A stretch of 64,000 bases of DNA, taken from contig JAUCBJ010008839.1 in NCBI GenBank assembly GCA_032718475.1, positions 33,049 through 97,048 on the forward strand, read 5' to 3'. The notes beneath the pieces are model-generated. The model was given only the letters and a program-made list of their open reading frames with translations, did not search any database and was not told the DNA's origin. Position 1 is the stretch's first letter; the number at the start of each line of letters is the position of its first letter. This DNA is from Nemertoderma westbladi. Lineage: Eukaryota; Animalia; Xenacoelomorpha. The position numbers and the translations under genes are program-made. Positions 1 to 14,725 of this stretch are shown here, one piece after another.

Positions 1-316
1 CAATGTTACCTTTAAATAGAAATGATAACACATTATTATGGTGTTGCGTACGAGTAGTGATATAAATAGTGTTGAATGATATATAAATATATCAGAGAAA
101 GAGAGAAGATAAAATCATATCTATAAAGGGTGAACCCCTTTACTTGTACTACCACTGTCACGAGTGTCACCCCCTCATCCCTTCAAAAATATAACTAGAC
201 AAGCCAATTCATAGAATTAATTGTTTACTCACACACAAAGGGCGTTGTTGTTTGTGTATAAAGTACAATGGTGAACAGGTATTGTATTCGAGAAAATTAT
301 AAACCAGCCATACAAA

Positions 317-1756
317 ATGCTATTAAGAGAAGCTATTGAATTAGTATTGATGTCTTTACAGCATTTATCTGCAGTCACGTGCATTGTAGAAAATTATAAA
401 ACGGAGATGATCACGAAAATATGCAAGAACAATCAATTAATATTAACGTTAAAAGTTTCCAATATTATTATCTCGCTAAATATAATGTCTATCCTTTTGT
501 TTGTATTCGGTGCCGACCACCCGAATAAAACGCACTTCTCTTTGAACAAGGACGAGGCCGGGAATAAATACCGGGCGAAGTTTAGCGAGCGCCCGTTCGC
601 TGCGGGCGCAATGCGGTACGCGTTCACGGGAGTCTACAGCGGGGCTGGGATACCGAAAAACGGAGAGCAATGTGTCGTTAAAGTCTACAAACAGCGCGCG
701 AATAATAGAGACATTAGAAACTGTCTCCCGGACGTGGCGGCGAGTAGAACCGCTGCTTCGTACGCAGAACGGTTCATGGAAGTGTGCGGAACGCGGTTCC
801 CAGCCCATTCAGTAGAGTTTGTGGTCCCGTTAATCGCGCAGATGGATAAAATATCGCGATTTGAAGTTCTCGGGACTATCCCGATCTACACAAACGATCT
901 CGTATCCGCGATGGATTTCGTTACCATCGAGCCCTTTATCGGAGACCGTTACCAAAGATTCAGCGACAACGGATGTTACGAAGCTCACGGTTGCGAGTTT
1001 CTAACGGCCTTCTCTCATTGGACGTTGGTGATAAGTGATAACGAGTGCCTTGTGTGCGACCTACAGGGAGTCCGTAAGGAGGGCAGATACGTGTTGACCG
1101 ACCCCGCGATACATTCAGCTGAACAACGTTTTGGGTTAACCGACTTCGGTCTGGAAGGAATCGACCGTTACATGGAGTCCCACAGATGCAATGAGTTCTG
1201 TCGCGCGTTGGGTCTAAGTGAACGCTGTTCAGAACAATCAGTCGGTGAGGAACTGCCATTCAGCGTGGAACAATCAGTCGGCGAGGAACTGTCAGTCAGT
1301 GTGAGACAATCAGTCGGCGAGGAACTGTCAGTCAGCGTGGAACAATCAGACGGTGAGGAACTGTCAGTCAGTGAGGAACTGTCAGTCAGCGTGGAACAAT
1401 CAGACGGCGAGGAGCTGTCAGTTAGTGAGGAACTGTCAGTCAGCGTGGAACAATCAGTCGGTGAAGAATTGTCAGTCATCTTCGAACAATCAATCGAATC
1501 AGTCGGTGAGGAACAATCAGTAAGTTCCAATCCCCATGTCAGCAACTACGCCAATAAATACGTTGAATCCCAAACGAAACTAATTGGTAATATTGATCAG
1601 AAACGTAAGACTAATAATAATTACGCAGATCTATTCGTTAAAACTCAAACAAAACCAAAAGTCAAACGTCACCACAAACTTAAAACGTTAAAAACATTAT
1701 CCAAGGTGTTACAACATGTATTGGCTGTATATGATGCGATAGGAGCCATCGTATAA
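317..1756 (+). CDS. Alpha-kinase (eEF2K/MHCK/VwkA-like atypical protein kinase), single exon, with an acidic repeat tail
   Basis: Alpha-kinase motifs in order: PFAAGAMRYAF, CVVKVYK, TIEPFI, AFSHWT, LVCDLQGV, YVLTDPAIHS, FGLTDFGLEG, HRCNEFC (C-terminal Zn site). No introns. The true start may be the ATG at 485 (MSILLFVFG), where GC content rises. Confidence 0.9.
   Translation: MLLREAIELVLMSLQHLSAVTCIVENYKTEMITKICKNNQLILTLKVSNIIISLNIMSILLFVFGADHPNKTHFSLNKDEAGNKYRAKFSERPFAAGAMRYAFTGVYSGAGIPKNGEQCVVKVYKQRANNRDIRNCLPDVAASRTAASYAERFMEVCGTRFPAHSVEFVVPLIAQMDKISRFEVLGTIPIYTNDLVSAMDFVTIEPFIGDRYQRFSDNGCYEAHGCEFLTAFSHWTLVISDNECLVCDLQGVRKEGRYVLTDPAIHSAEQRFGLTDFGLEGIDRYMESHRCNEFCRALGLSERCSEQSVGEELPFSVEQSVGEELSVSVRQSVGEELSVSVEQSDGEELSVSEELSVSVEQSDGEELSVSEELSVSVEQSVGEELSVIFEQSIESVGEEQSVSSNPHVSNYANKYVESQTKLIGNIDQKRKTNNNYADLFVKTQTKPKVKRHHKLKTLKTLSKVLQHVLAVYDAIGAIV
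1228..1520 (+). repeat. In-frame coding tandem repeat (~39 bp unit, SVEQSVGEELSV-like) in the alpha-kinase tail
   Basis: Repeated gaacaatcagtcggtgaggaactgtcagtcagcgtg with 18-bp sub-units; the reading frame is preserved. Confidence 0.9.
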
Positions 1757-2368
1757 ACTCATATATTATTTCCAACAATAACATCCCGTGCAATAATTCA
1801 TCACGATTTTCTTTTTACGGAAATTTATCCAAAATTAACAGATTAGAATAGTTTCTAATTAATAAACAAAGATATTATTTTTCATTTTTTCATAAAGAAA
1901 TATAAAACCCTGGCAGATTCATATGGAAAAATTTCCTTTAAAAATAGTTAATCAAATTGTTCAAAGTATTAATATCTGTATGTATTGTAAATATATTTTA
2001 TATGTTTTTATATGAAATATTACCGGTACTCAATGGTAATATCTAATATCCTTATACATCCTATGCAGTATTATAGGATAATAGACTAGCATAATAAACT
2101 TCAGGGATATTCATTATTTTCTAGTTACCAAGTAGGATTTTGTTATTGTTGTTTTTGTTACTCAAATTGAAGGCTATTCTGTTCTAATGTATGCTGTATT
2201 TATATGAATAATAATTGTGGAATGCTGTTTATTTATTTACAAAAAATAAAATAATTTATTTTAATTAATGTAATAAATAATTAGGTAATCGAAATCAGAA
2301 AGATATTCAATTTCACTCTGCTTACAATGGGCCTCACCTCATACTTACATTTAATTTAAACAACCGGT

Positions 2369-3844
2369 TCAATACATAACAATAACATTAATAACATAAT
2401 GCGCGATTTGAAGACGTAACCATATCTCTATCGTGTAACTCAAATGAATACCATCAACATAGAAGGACATAAGTCTTCTTGATTCAGCGCTGTGAGGATT
2501 GTTGGAAGTTGCAGTAAAATTTTGTGAAGGTGGATTTCCATAACTATTGTGACCCATCTCCATGTAATGTATGTCTGTAGTGAAGTTTCCGTTCTTGTGC
2601 CTCTGTTTCATGTAGGCATTATCTTGTGAAAGAGGTGTATGTGTTTGGTTTAGCTTTCCATATGATGAATTGCTTGAGGGATAATTGCGGATTATCCTTT
2701 CACTGTGAGCAACATTCCTTTTCATTTGAGGTTGGATATTTTCCTCGCTTAGTGGAGAAAAATAGTTGTTGGTATGAACAGGTGGAATGACTGTAGGTTG
2801 CCTATTCAAAGGGATATAGTTGCCTCGACGTCTCTGGGGGGGATATCGATGTGGTGAAACAGCTTCACCTTGGATTTTATCTACAGTTGTATCATGTGGA
2901 AAGTTGTTAATTGAGTTGCAGTTGGTATTTACTGGCTGTAATCTTATATTCTGTATGCTAATACTCTGAATATTTCTTTCAACAGTTAGTTCGCCTTCTA
3001 CAGAGTTAATATTATTAGCTAACTTGTTTTTGTGAAAAGGAGGGCCGCTACAGCTTTGGGAGATATCCATTTGTGCTGACTTTGTTGTCTTTTCTTTCGC
3101 ATTATTCAACTGTTTCAGTCGGATTTCTAAAACCATCCTGGAGTGACGTTCTTCATTCACTTCATCAGTTAGCTGCTTTACCCTCTCAGTCAAAGAATCA
3201 TTCTGATTGTTCAACACACAGAGCTTCGATTGTACATTAGCAATGGCAGCTAGCATTTCCTTTCTTAACTGCTCCACGGCTGGATTTTCTTCCTCAGCAG
3301 TCTTTTCTTTTTCTTTGTCTCTTGCTAGCCTTTTACGACACACTGTAGTGAAGTGTTTATCAAGTACAGACCTCTGAAGTTCATAGATGTCAACTACCAT
3401 TTCATGAGATGATTGTCTAGTACGCAATTGTAAAGCCATACTTTGACAGGGAGACATTAAGCTCTTAACTTCATGGTACAGCATATCACGCTGTACAACC
3501 CTTACATCGTTAACTTTTTCTTCTAAGGCCTTTAGTGCCTCTTTCCGCGGTACTTTCGAAATGGATTTCAGAATGTGTGCACCTGGTATGAGTGAATTGT
3601 TACCAACGTCAGTATTTTCAGCTCTATTGGTGATCCTGATGCTTCAAGGCAGTACCGGTAACAACAATATCGTCGATATCACATATTTTAATGTTTTCCA
3701 AACAGTGCTTTAACCAATTCCTCAGGTTACTTCTGGCTGTATCACCAAACTGGATGCGTTTGTAATTAGATGCTAAGAAATGGGCATATAAGCAGAGATA
3801 TGCGCCGCAGTCGGTGCCATTTTGCTGGCTAGGAAACTGCCGCT

Positions 3845-3845
<1 letters not shown>
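2369..3845 (-). pseudogene. Degenerate TE-type ORF: Ulp1/C48 protease C-terminal fragment, coiled coil, low-complexity linker, SGNH-esterase-like DGIHL end
   Basis: QQNGTDCGAYLCLYA (catalytic Cys motif of Ulp1-like proteases) at ~3770-3830. A second frame, open from ~3643 to 2369, carries heptad-rich LTERVKQLTDEVNEERHSRMVLEIRLKQL and ends in YVDGIHLS. A frameshift separates the two parts, and the 5' part is cut by the insertion at 3845. Confidence 0.45.
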
Positions 3846-5881
<2,036 letters not shown>

Positions 5882-6154
5882 AAAGTTAGAATCTACTGTC
5901 CATTCTTTGTTTTTATCGTTCTTTGAACTCCTGATGAGGTTGAGGAGATAACATAGTGACTCCACGATTGGAGGTTCTTTAGGTGTGGAGCGATATGTTG
6001 TCGATAGACTGCATAGAGTATAAACCTTTCTTTCTGGAATGTTAGCCACGTGCAGCACAAAGTGCGTACCGTCACAATCGGGAAATATAACATAACACAT
6101 GGACTCCACCTCACAAACAGCAGTGACATAACGAATAATAACGATCCATAACGA

Positions 6155-7963
6155 GTTGCAGATCGGATAGGGTTGGGGTCCATGGTGCCGAGGTTGGGGG
6201 CCGTGTTGCAGATCGGATAGGGTTGGGGTCCATGGTGCCGAGGATGGAGGCCGTGTTGCAGATCGGATAGGGTTGGGGTCCATGGTACCGAGGATGGAGG
6301 CCGTGTTGCAGATCGGATAGGGTTGTTGGGTCCATGGTTCCGAGGATGGAGGCCGTGTTGCAGATCGGATAGGGTTGGGTCCATGGTGCCGAGGATGGAG
6401 GCCGTGTTGCAGATCGGATAGGGTTGGGGTCCATGGTACTGAGGATGGAGGCCGTGTTGCAGATCGGATAGGGTTGGGGTTCATGGTGCCGAGGATGGAG
6501 GCCGTGTTGCAGATCGGATAGGGTTGTTGGGTCCATGGTTCCGAGGATGGAGGCCGTGTTGCAGATCGGATAGGGTTGTGGTCCATGGTGCCGAGGATGG
6601 AGGCCGTGTTGCAGATCGGATAGGGTTGTGGTCCATGGTGCCGAGGATGGAGGCCGTGTTGCAGATCGGATAGGGTTGTGGTCCATGGTGCCGAGGATGG
6701 AGGCCGTCTTGGTGATTGGATAGGGTTGGGGTCCATGGTGCCAAGGATGGAGGCCGTGTTGCAGATCGGATAGGGTTGTTGGGTCCATGGTTCCGAGGAT
6801 GGAGGCCGTGTTGCAGATCGGATAGGGTTGTGGTCCATGGTGCCAAGGATGGAGGCCGTGTTGCAGATCGGATAGGGTTGTTGGGTCCATGGTTCCGAGG
6901 ATGGAGGCCGTGTTGCAGATCGGATAGGGTTGTGGTCCATGGTGCCGAGGATGGAGGCCGTGTTGCAGATCGGATAGGGTTGTGGTCCATGGTGCCAAGG
7001 ATGGAGGCCGTGTTGCAGATCGGATAGGGTTGTTGGGTCCATGGTTCCGAGGATGGAGGCCGTGTTGCAGATCGGATAGGGTTGTGGTCCATGGTGCCAA
7101 GGATGGAGGCCGTGTTCCAGATCGGATAGGGTTGGGGTCCATGGTGCCGAGGATGGAGGCCGTGTTGCCGATCGGATAGGGTTGTGGTCCATGGTGCCAA
7201 GGATGGAGGCCGTGTTGCAGATCGGATAGGGTTGGGGTCCATGGTGCCGAGGATGGAGGCCGTGTTGCAGATCGGATAGTGTTGGGGTCCATTGTGCCGA
7301 GGATGGAGTCCGTGTAGCCGATCGGATAGGGTTGGGGTCCATGGTGCCGAGGATGGAGGCCGTGTTGCAGATCGGATAGTGTTGGGGTCCATTGTGACGA
7401 GGATGGAGACCGTGTAGCCGATCGGATCGGGTTGGGGTCCATGGTGCCGAGGATGGAGGCCGTGTTACAGATCGGATAGGGTTGGGGTCCATGGTGCCGA
7501 GGATGGAGGCCGTGTTGCAGATCGGATAGTGTTGGGGTCCATTGTGCCGAGGATGGAGTCCGTGTAGCCGATCGGATAGGGTTGGGGTCCATGGTGCCGA
7601 GGATGGAGGCCGTGTTGCAGATCGGATAGTGTTGGGGTCCATTGTGACGAGGATGGAGACCGTGTAGCCGATCGGATCGGGTTGGGGTCCATGGTGCCGA
7701 GGATGGAGGCCGTGTTACAGATCGGATAGGGTTGGGGTCCATGGTGCCGAGGATGGAGGCCGTGTTGCAGATCGGATAGGGTTGGGGTCCATGGTGCCGA
7801 GGATGGAGGCCGTGTAGCCGATCGGATAGGGTTGGGGTCCATGGTGCCGAGGATGGAGGCCGTGTTGCAGATCGGATAGGGTTGGGGTCCATGGTGCCGA
7901 GGATGGAGGCCGTGTTGCCGATCGGATAGGGTTGCGGTCCATGTACCGAGGATGGAGGCCGTG
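6155..7963. repeat. 50-bp GC-rich minisatellite, ~36 copies
   Basis: Unit gttgcagatcggatagggttggggtccatggtgccgaggatggaggccgt, with 49 and 52 bp variants. Confidence 0.98.
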
Positions 7964-9359
7964 GATATTACTTTCACGAACGCTGAGAACCTTTTAAACC
8001 TCGAGATACTGGTAGTAATGATACTGCAGATTATTGTGGATGATCGCGAACCGCGATGTGTTTAGCAGTTTTCAGAGGGGCCCAACAATGCATCATAGGG
8101 ATGTGTGACCATCCATATATACCGGTATGGAAGCGTAAGGGTGTATGCACAGTATGTAGGCGTACGGTTCCAATACATCGTATTGAAACATTTCATTAAA
8201 ACGTAAAACAGCAATTAGTGTTTCTACTAAATGTTCATGCGAAATTAAATGGTTTCCAAAAACTTTGGCGTGGTTCTAATTTGACACGTGCACGTTAAGC
8301 ACAATATTAACGGGTTTTATAGAAGGCCTCCTCAGACTAACAGCAGGCTTCAGTCGACGCCCATACCCGCTACCTATTCCAATCGAATTACGTCAACTTT
8401 GATGACATTGACGCGCCGAGACACAATAATTAGCGCCATTTATAGGCATTCTTGACTTCTTGGTAGCTGTTATAAAGTAGCGTTAACAACTATCTACATT
8501 GAATATATAGTAATGGAGATATATGAGTATCTTTTAGAGAACCTGTATATGAGAAATGGATAATATTGAAATATTAAAACCGTTACTGCGACTGCGTCAT
8601 ATTTTTATTGTAATTTTCGTTGCAAGAATTCAGCAATGGGTTCGAACTGGTGAGTGGTGACCCCCAAGATGGAATTCTGGCGCTGCGCTGGCGCCTCACA
8701 ATGGCGACAGGAAATGACAGTTTGGCGGCCATGAAGACGTAAAGTGCGGACATTCAAGATATCAGGTAATACTTTCAGGACTACCTTTTATATGATTCGA
8801 AATATGATTCGAAATAATATTCATTTCCGCATTTGCTTAGCTGTGCCCAACGATAACTTCATTAATATGAAATCACTCATTCATCCAAAATACCATTCAT
8901 GTTTTTATGGCATCAGTAATTTAATGCGGAACACCGCGCAAAAAAGGATAAGACAATAAAAAGTAGTCAATAAAGTATGATTTAGGCCTACATGAGTTAC
9001 CTTAGTTTAATGAGTTCGGGACTAAGGCAATGTATTTCGCAATCAAGATTCACGAAATTGTTGTCGACGAGTTATTTGAGAAGATAAAAACTTACATCTG
9101 AATCTTTAATAACTCTTGAAAGTTTATGAATAATCACCACTGGGTGTAAACATCTAATAAAATACTGTAGGTACAACAAAGTGCTAGAATTTTTTGAGCT
9201 TGTCTCGAAACTAAACTCTTGGTAGATAGGCCTACAAGTGCTGCAGTTAAACAAAGGGTTGGTTTTACATAAGATATTACTTGTATTATACGCAGCTAGT
9301 TTTTCAATTAGACCGTACATTTTTATTTCCAACATTTAAAATAAATAAACGCCACTAAT

Positions 9360-10520
9360 TGAATGATTTCACACCAAAAAAAATTATTTAGCACCAAATA
9401 TATCTTTTTGTAGCACCAATTTACATCCCCCAATTTTGAATATCTCTCTCACCAAAAACAATTAGTCATCCCCCAAAAACAATTAGTCATCCCCCAAAAA
9501 CAATTAGTCATCCCCCAAAAACAATTATTCTTTCCTCCCCCAAAAACAATTATTCATCACCCCAAAAACAATTATTCAATCTCCCTAAAATAATTATTTG
9601 TCAACCAAAAATAATTCTTCCAGCACCAAATATTTTATGGAAAATTTAATTATACAAATATTTTCAATATTTATTTCCATAAATCAAACAAAATGTTTGA
9701 TCATATTCCTACCAATGATTCTCGGGTGAGTACAAAACACAGACCCAATTATGAAGACCTGCATAATCTTGTAACATGTTAACTTTTGTTTATTATTTTG
9801 GTTCCCCCAACACGCCTCTGTAACCTGCTTCTTTACAAACCTGCTCCTTTAAATGGCAATGGGACCTAAACGCTCTTTGGGACCTAACGTTCTTGGGTCC
9901 CAATGCGAGATTAGGACATGTACAGAAACAGAACGGCAGTATCCCAACCAAGTCTTGGTTGGGTCTTTGTTTTGTACTCACCCGACGATCGAAAATATGA
10001 ATTTATTTTGGGGGGAAATTTATTTATTTTAGGGGAAAATGTATTTATTTTGGGGGAAAATGTATTTATTTTGGGAAAATTTTTATTTATTTTGGGAAAA
10101 TTTGTTTTTATTTTGGGAAAATTTGTATTTAATTTGGGATAATTGTATTTATTTTGGGAAACTTTGTATTTATTTTGGGAAAATTTGTATTTATTTTGGG
10201 AAAATTTGTATTTATTTTGGGAAACTTTGTATTTATTTTGGGAAAATTTGTATTTATTTTGGGAAAATTTGTATTTATTTTGGGAAAATTTGTATTTATT
10301 TTGGGGGTTTTGTCATTTATTATTTTGGTGTGAATAATTGGTTTTGGGGAGCATTTATTTATTTTGGTGTTGTATAATTGTTCTTGATGTTTGAATAATT
10401 TTATTTGGGGTGACTTTATTTTATTTGGTGTTGAATAATTTTTTTGGGATCACATTATTTAAATTGGTATAATATAATTTTTTGGTGAAATTTTCATCGA
10501 TTTTGGTATGACTTTAATTG
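9360..10520. mobile_element. Foldback-like element with inverted arms built from ~20-bp subrepeats
   Basis: The left arm has ccccaaaaacaattagtcat-type repeats (9370-9630) and the right arm has complementary atttattttgggaaaatttgt-type repeats (10000-10490). The ends are not precisely defined. Confidence 0.5.
9723..9984. mobile_element. MITE family A copy 1 (TIR CGGGTGAGTACAAAACA)
   Basis: cgggtgagtacaaaaca ... tgttttgtactcacccg. The internal ttggttcccccaacacgcctctgtaacctgct segment is shared with copies at 26540, 27648 and 55063. Confidence 0.8.
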
Positions 10521-10530
10521 GTAGCCATAA

Positions 10531-10593
10531 ATAAATGACAAATTTCTTAGATTGTTGCGTTGAACGCAACAATCTAAGAAATTTGTTATTTAT
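10531..10593. repeat. Near-perfect palindrome with 31-bp arms and a 1-nt spacer
   Basis: ataaatgacaaatttcttagattgttgcgtt-g-aacgcaacaatctaagaaatttgttatttat, one mismatch. Confidence 0.95.
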
Positions 10594-12931
10594 ATTTCAG
10601 AAATCCCTGGATTTTACGAAGAGAGTTGAACCATTTATTTAATTTCCTTAAACTAACGCAATATATTTAATAAAGTTGATGAAGCAAAAAGCAATCTGTG
10701 AAGTGGGCTCAGAAAATCCCAACCAGGTGCAAGCTTTTCTAATCTTTGCAGTTTAGATCAATTTTGGTGATTGTTGGTAACTGATATAGGCCTGCAGTAC
10801 GTGATACCCCCCCACACATGGTGCTGCTGTCAACAGGGAGAGTATATCATCCTTTATAATCCCACTTCAGCCACCCATCTAATGAGCTTCCATGAGTTAG
10901 TTACATTGTCTTCCCTCCTTTTTTGATAGGCTACTTCATGTTATTAAGAATTTCAAAGGTAAGTTTCCATTGGCCAATCTTGTTTAATTAATTATCCAAT
11001 GAAATTCTAAATACCATTGCATTATTGGCAGCAAGTGAATATCATATAAACATTTTGGAAAGCACAGAACAACGTAGTATTTTTGGATTTTCCTTGTAAA
11101 GTTGTTTTACTACACTAAATTATATTAATTATTATTAATTTGGTTACAGAAACCGAAACGAACTATGTATTACTTCGGGGTCAGGCACATAGCAGCTCTA
11201 CTAATGTGAAGTTTAGTACATTCGAAACCCTTTGTTAATTATTAACTGTCCATTAAACTATTGTAACAGACCTAATTGCCGCTCCCCTAATTTTGTTTTG
11301 TGTTTAGTTTGGGTAGGCCTGTTCCGTATGGTATAGTCGTGAGAGTAAAAGCATACCAGCCCGTTTCCAGTACCACTCAGCCACACAGGTGCTACAAGGA
11401 CTCATTTAGCTAATTGTATGACTGTTATGAGGTCCTGCATTAAGTGGCAATAGCATGAATTCTATTACAATTTGGAAAACTTCGATTATTTTATTTCCTC
11501 CCTCTGGCTCTAACGCAAACACCCTATCCCATCGCAACTCCTCTTATCGCCTTCCTCCTAATCAATATGACCTGCGTCGATTGAGACGGATTATTTTACC
11601 GATGGCCAATTGAGAAGGTTGACGTTTTAATCGAAAAGCACTTGGCTTTTAAAACTGACAAATTAAGTGTAATACAAATAAATTTTTCAAATAGGGTTGG
11701 GGTGTGAATATCGTTTGGTTAAAAACTATTGGATGAATCGATTTGAGGGGTGCAAATGTGCCGCGTTATAAAATCTATTCTCATTGGCTGACTCAGATTC
11801 GGTCATTTAGCCTGAATCCGCTGAGACAGGCCCACCGGTGGTACATTACGATTACAGGGCGCAGATATAATGTATGTATGATACCGGTACATCCTAACGC
11901 GAAGTACTGTATAAAAAAACTAAAACCATACAAATATTTGGCCTCAAACCTTCTCCACGCCACATTTTAACAACATACAGTACCTTAATAATAAAATTAC
12001 TTTGACCAATTATTTAAAGCAAAAATAAAATGTGACGTGAAGACTTTTCACGTCACATTTTCGCGTCAAAATTAAAATGTTGTGAAATCGCTGTCAACTT
12101 CACATCAAATTTACAACTATTTCACAACACATTTATAGCCCATAGAAGTCAATGTTAGAAAAGTTTGTCTTGTTGTCACCGATATGGGCCATCGTAAACC
12201 TTGAAATCGTCTCGCTATTGCGTGGCTCGCCCATCCAGGCAGTTAGTTAAATTATTTACAATAATAATTAAATGTGATACTAGTTTCAATTATCTCATTT
12301 GGCCTTGAAGGCTGATAGTTTTCCTAAATTGCGATAAAAGATTAACCGGTAAAAGAACACTCATCAATAATTACTGGTGGTTAATATTTCCCTATTATAT
12401 GATCACCCTCTGACCTTGCACCATGATGAATCCCAGAACCTGCACCATGGATGCAAATTACCACTCCCTAATAGTTTATGCACCGCAGTTGTAGTAGCAG
12501 AATCCCGAATAGCTAAAATATAAAAAAAATCTATGAAAAAAAAAAGGAAAAATTATGATCAGAATTGGTGCGTGGTAAACCCTCTATCTGTAGTCTTAGT
12601 TGTTATGCGAGCTGCGATATATTTTAACAGTTAATATATTACGTAATATCTACCAGATTACGTTTTATAAGTGAAGCTACTGTACTACAGTAGTTGTTTT
12701 ATAGGCACATGTTTGTTTAAATGCTATTCTATTGTTGCAGGTTACATTTTACATACAACATTCCATACATTTGCCATTTTAGAATTATGTAGTTATAGAT
12801 TATCCTACACACACACGTTGTCGGTTATTAGTTTTGCGACATTCAAAAGAATATACTCCCAGCAGCTTCCCGAAACCACTAATAACTTATTAATTATATT
12901 TCATGGACTTTGATACCTGTACGAAGTAACA

Positions 12932-12997
12932 ATGGTACAATTATTACAATTGCTCTGCGTTGTAGTCAGTGTGTTTGATATTAGCTATGGGAGACAG
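12932..12997 (+). CDS. Astacin metalloprotease exon 1 (signal peptide)
   Basis: MVQLLQLLCVVVSVFDISYGRQ then CAG|GTAAGC; hydrophobic leader; phase 0. Linkage to the downstream exons is inferred from phase and domain order. Confidence 0.7.
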
Positions 12998-14056
12998 GTA
13001 AGCAAAGTGTTTTTTACATTATTTTGTACAATAATATGCAGTGGTGGTGGAAAGTGGTGTACCCATAGATTACATGCATCATCACAATCTGTTTCTCGGT
13101 TTCAATCGGTGTTCAATCGGTTTCAGTTCATAAGAGTAACTGTATTATAGAACCTTATTGTGGATGTAAGGCGTCGCCCGCAGCTGGTTAGGTTCCTATA
13201 ACCATATGGATATGAACCTGTTGAAAAATTAACGCTGGGACCTGGTTTCTTAATAGGCCTATATAAGGTTAATGAAATATAATGTTTACTATCCTTTTTT
13301 TATAGATAATATCAATTCAGTTTTTCCATTTTTTTGAACCGTATCGATCCTTTTTGTAATTTTTTTGAACTACAGCCTATTCTTTTTTTCTTTTGAAAAT
13401 ATAAATTCCATTTTTTGGCTGGGAGGGCTGGCTGGAGATATCCTATGTATGGTGATGATGATGAGCTGATAGTTGGTAGTTGATTTCTCTGTAGCCGCCA
13501 AACTGCAGCTTATTAACCAATCAAAATAAAGACATTAAAGGGGGCAGATTATTGATGTTGCGGATGCGGCCTACAACAATTTTAGTTTTTATCACGGAAT
13601 TGTATAATGTCTTACAGTTGGCTACTTGTCGTGACCATATAACCTATTAACATCTCGCGGAAATTATTCCATTAAGTTACCTATACACTCTACACATACA
13701 ATCTAACAGCCTAATATACCGAACCGTTTACCAGTAACTGTAAACACTAACTTTTAACACTGTCGTAAATTTTCAAAACTTTTAAACTTTTTTTTAAAAC
13801 TTTTTCCTTGATTATATATCGATTCAAAACTTAAGCCGTAAACATTATGAGAAAATACCATAATACAGTAACTTATCCTACTTTATTATCTTGTGCTTAC
13901 ATGGAATGCTATATATTTATAGATCTCTATTTAGCATTCCATGGCTTAGAGTATTTTTTCAGAACTATATATTTTTATATAATATTCTATTATATATATT
14001 CTATATTTAATTTTATATATTCTATATTTATTTTTATATATTTTTATTAATTTCAG

Positions 14057-14125
14057 CTGCCTCTGGAATACAGTTTACATAGACACAAAACCCGCCACGG
14101 TTACAAAGAGGACCAAACGCCCGAG
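14057..14125 (+). CDS. Astacin exon 2 (prodomain)
   Basis: tttcag|LPLEYSLHRHKTRHGYKEDQTPE|gtaaga, phase 0-0. Confidence 0.65.
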
Positions 14126-14629
14126 GTAAGATGTTCAAAAACAAAGGTGACTAGACTGAAAATCGAAGTGTTAGTTTCAGTTCCTATTGGAATACTATAA
14201 ACTATAAACCTACTATAAAAATTTAACATTATTTGGTTTTTTTTATTTCACCAGAAACAAAATTTAATGAGAATTTCACATTAAAACGGCTTATATGTAG
14301 AGATATTTTAGTTCTCGAGTAATCGCTGTATTTCCGTCTACAACTCTGCCCGCAAATATACTACATAGGGTGCAGCAGTTGTTTTATAGGCACATGTTAG
14401 TTTAAATGCTGCTCTATTGTCGCAGGTTACATAGAACATTCCAGACATTTGACATTTAGAAACGTATTTATAAATTGTATTGACGTACAACACTGCGTTA
14501 GAACTGTCTTAAAAACAATATCTTTAAAACCCACTTAACACCAACAAATAAACTACATATTGTTAATTAATAACACATAGGCCTAATGATTGGTTGTCAG
14601 ATCTACTATGACTAAATTATTTGTTTCAG

Positions 14630-14725
14630 TTTGGACGAATTTACAAAAACTACGAGACGTTTCGTGAGAACGCTAACCCAATCGCAGCTGCAAAGGGAAA
14701 TCATCATAGATTTGTCTCACCTGAG
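14630..14725 (+). CDS. Astacin exon 3 (prodomain)
   Basis: tgtttcag|FGRIYKNYETFRENANPIAAAKGNHHRFVSPE|gtataa, phase 0-0. Confidence 0.55.
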
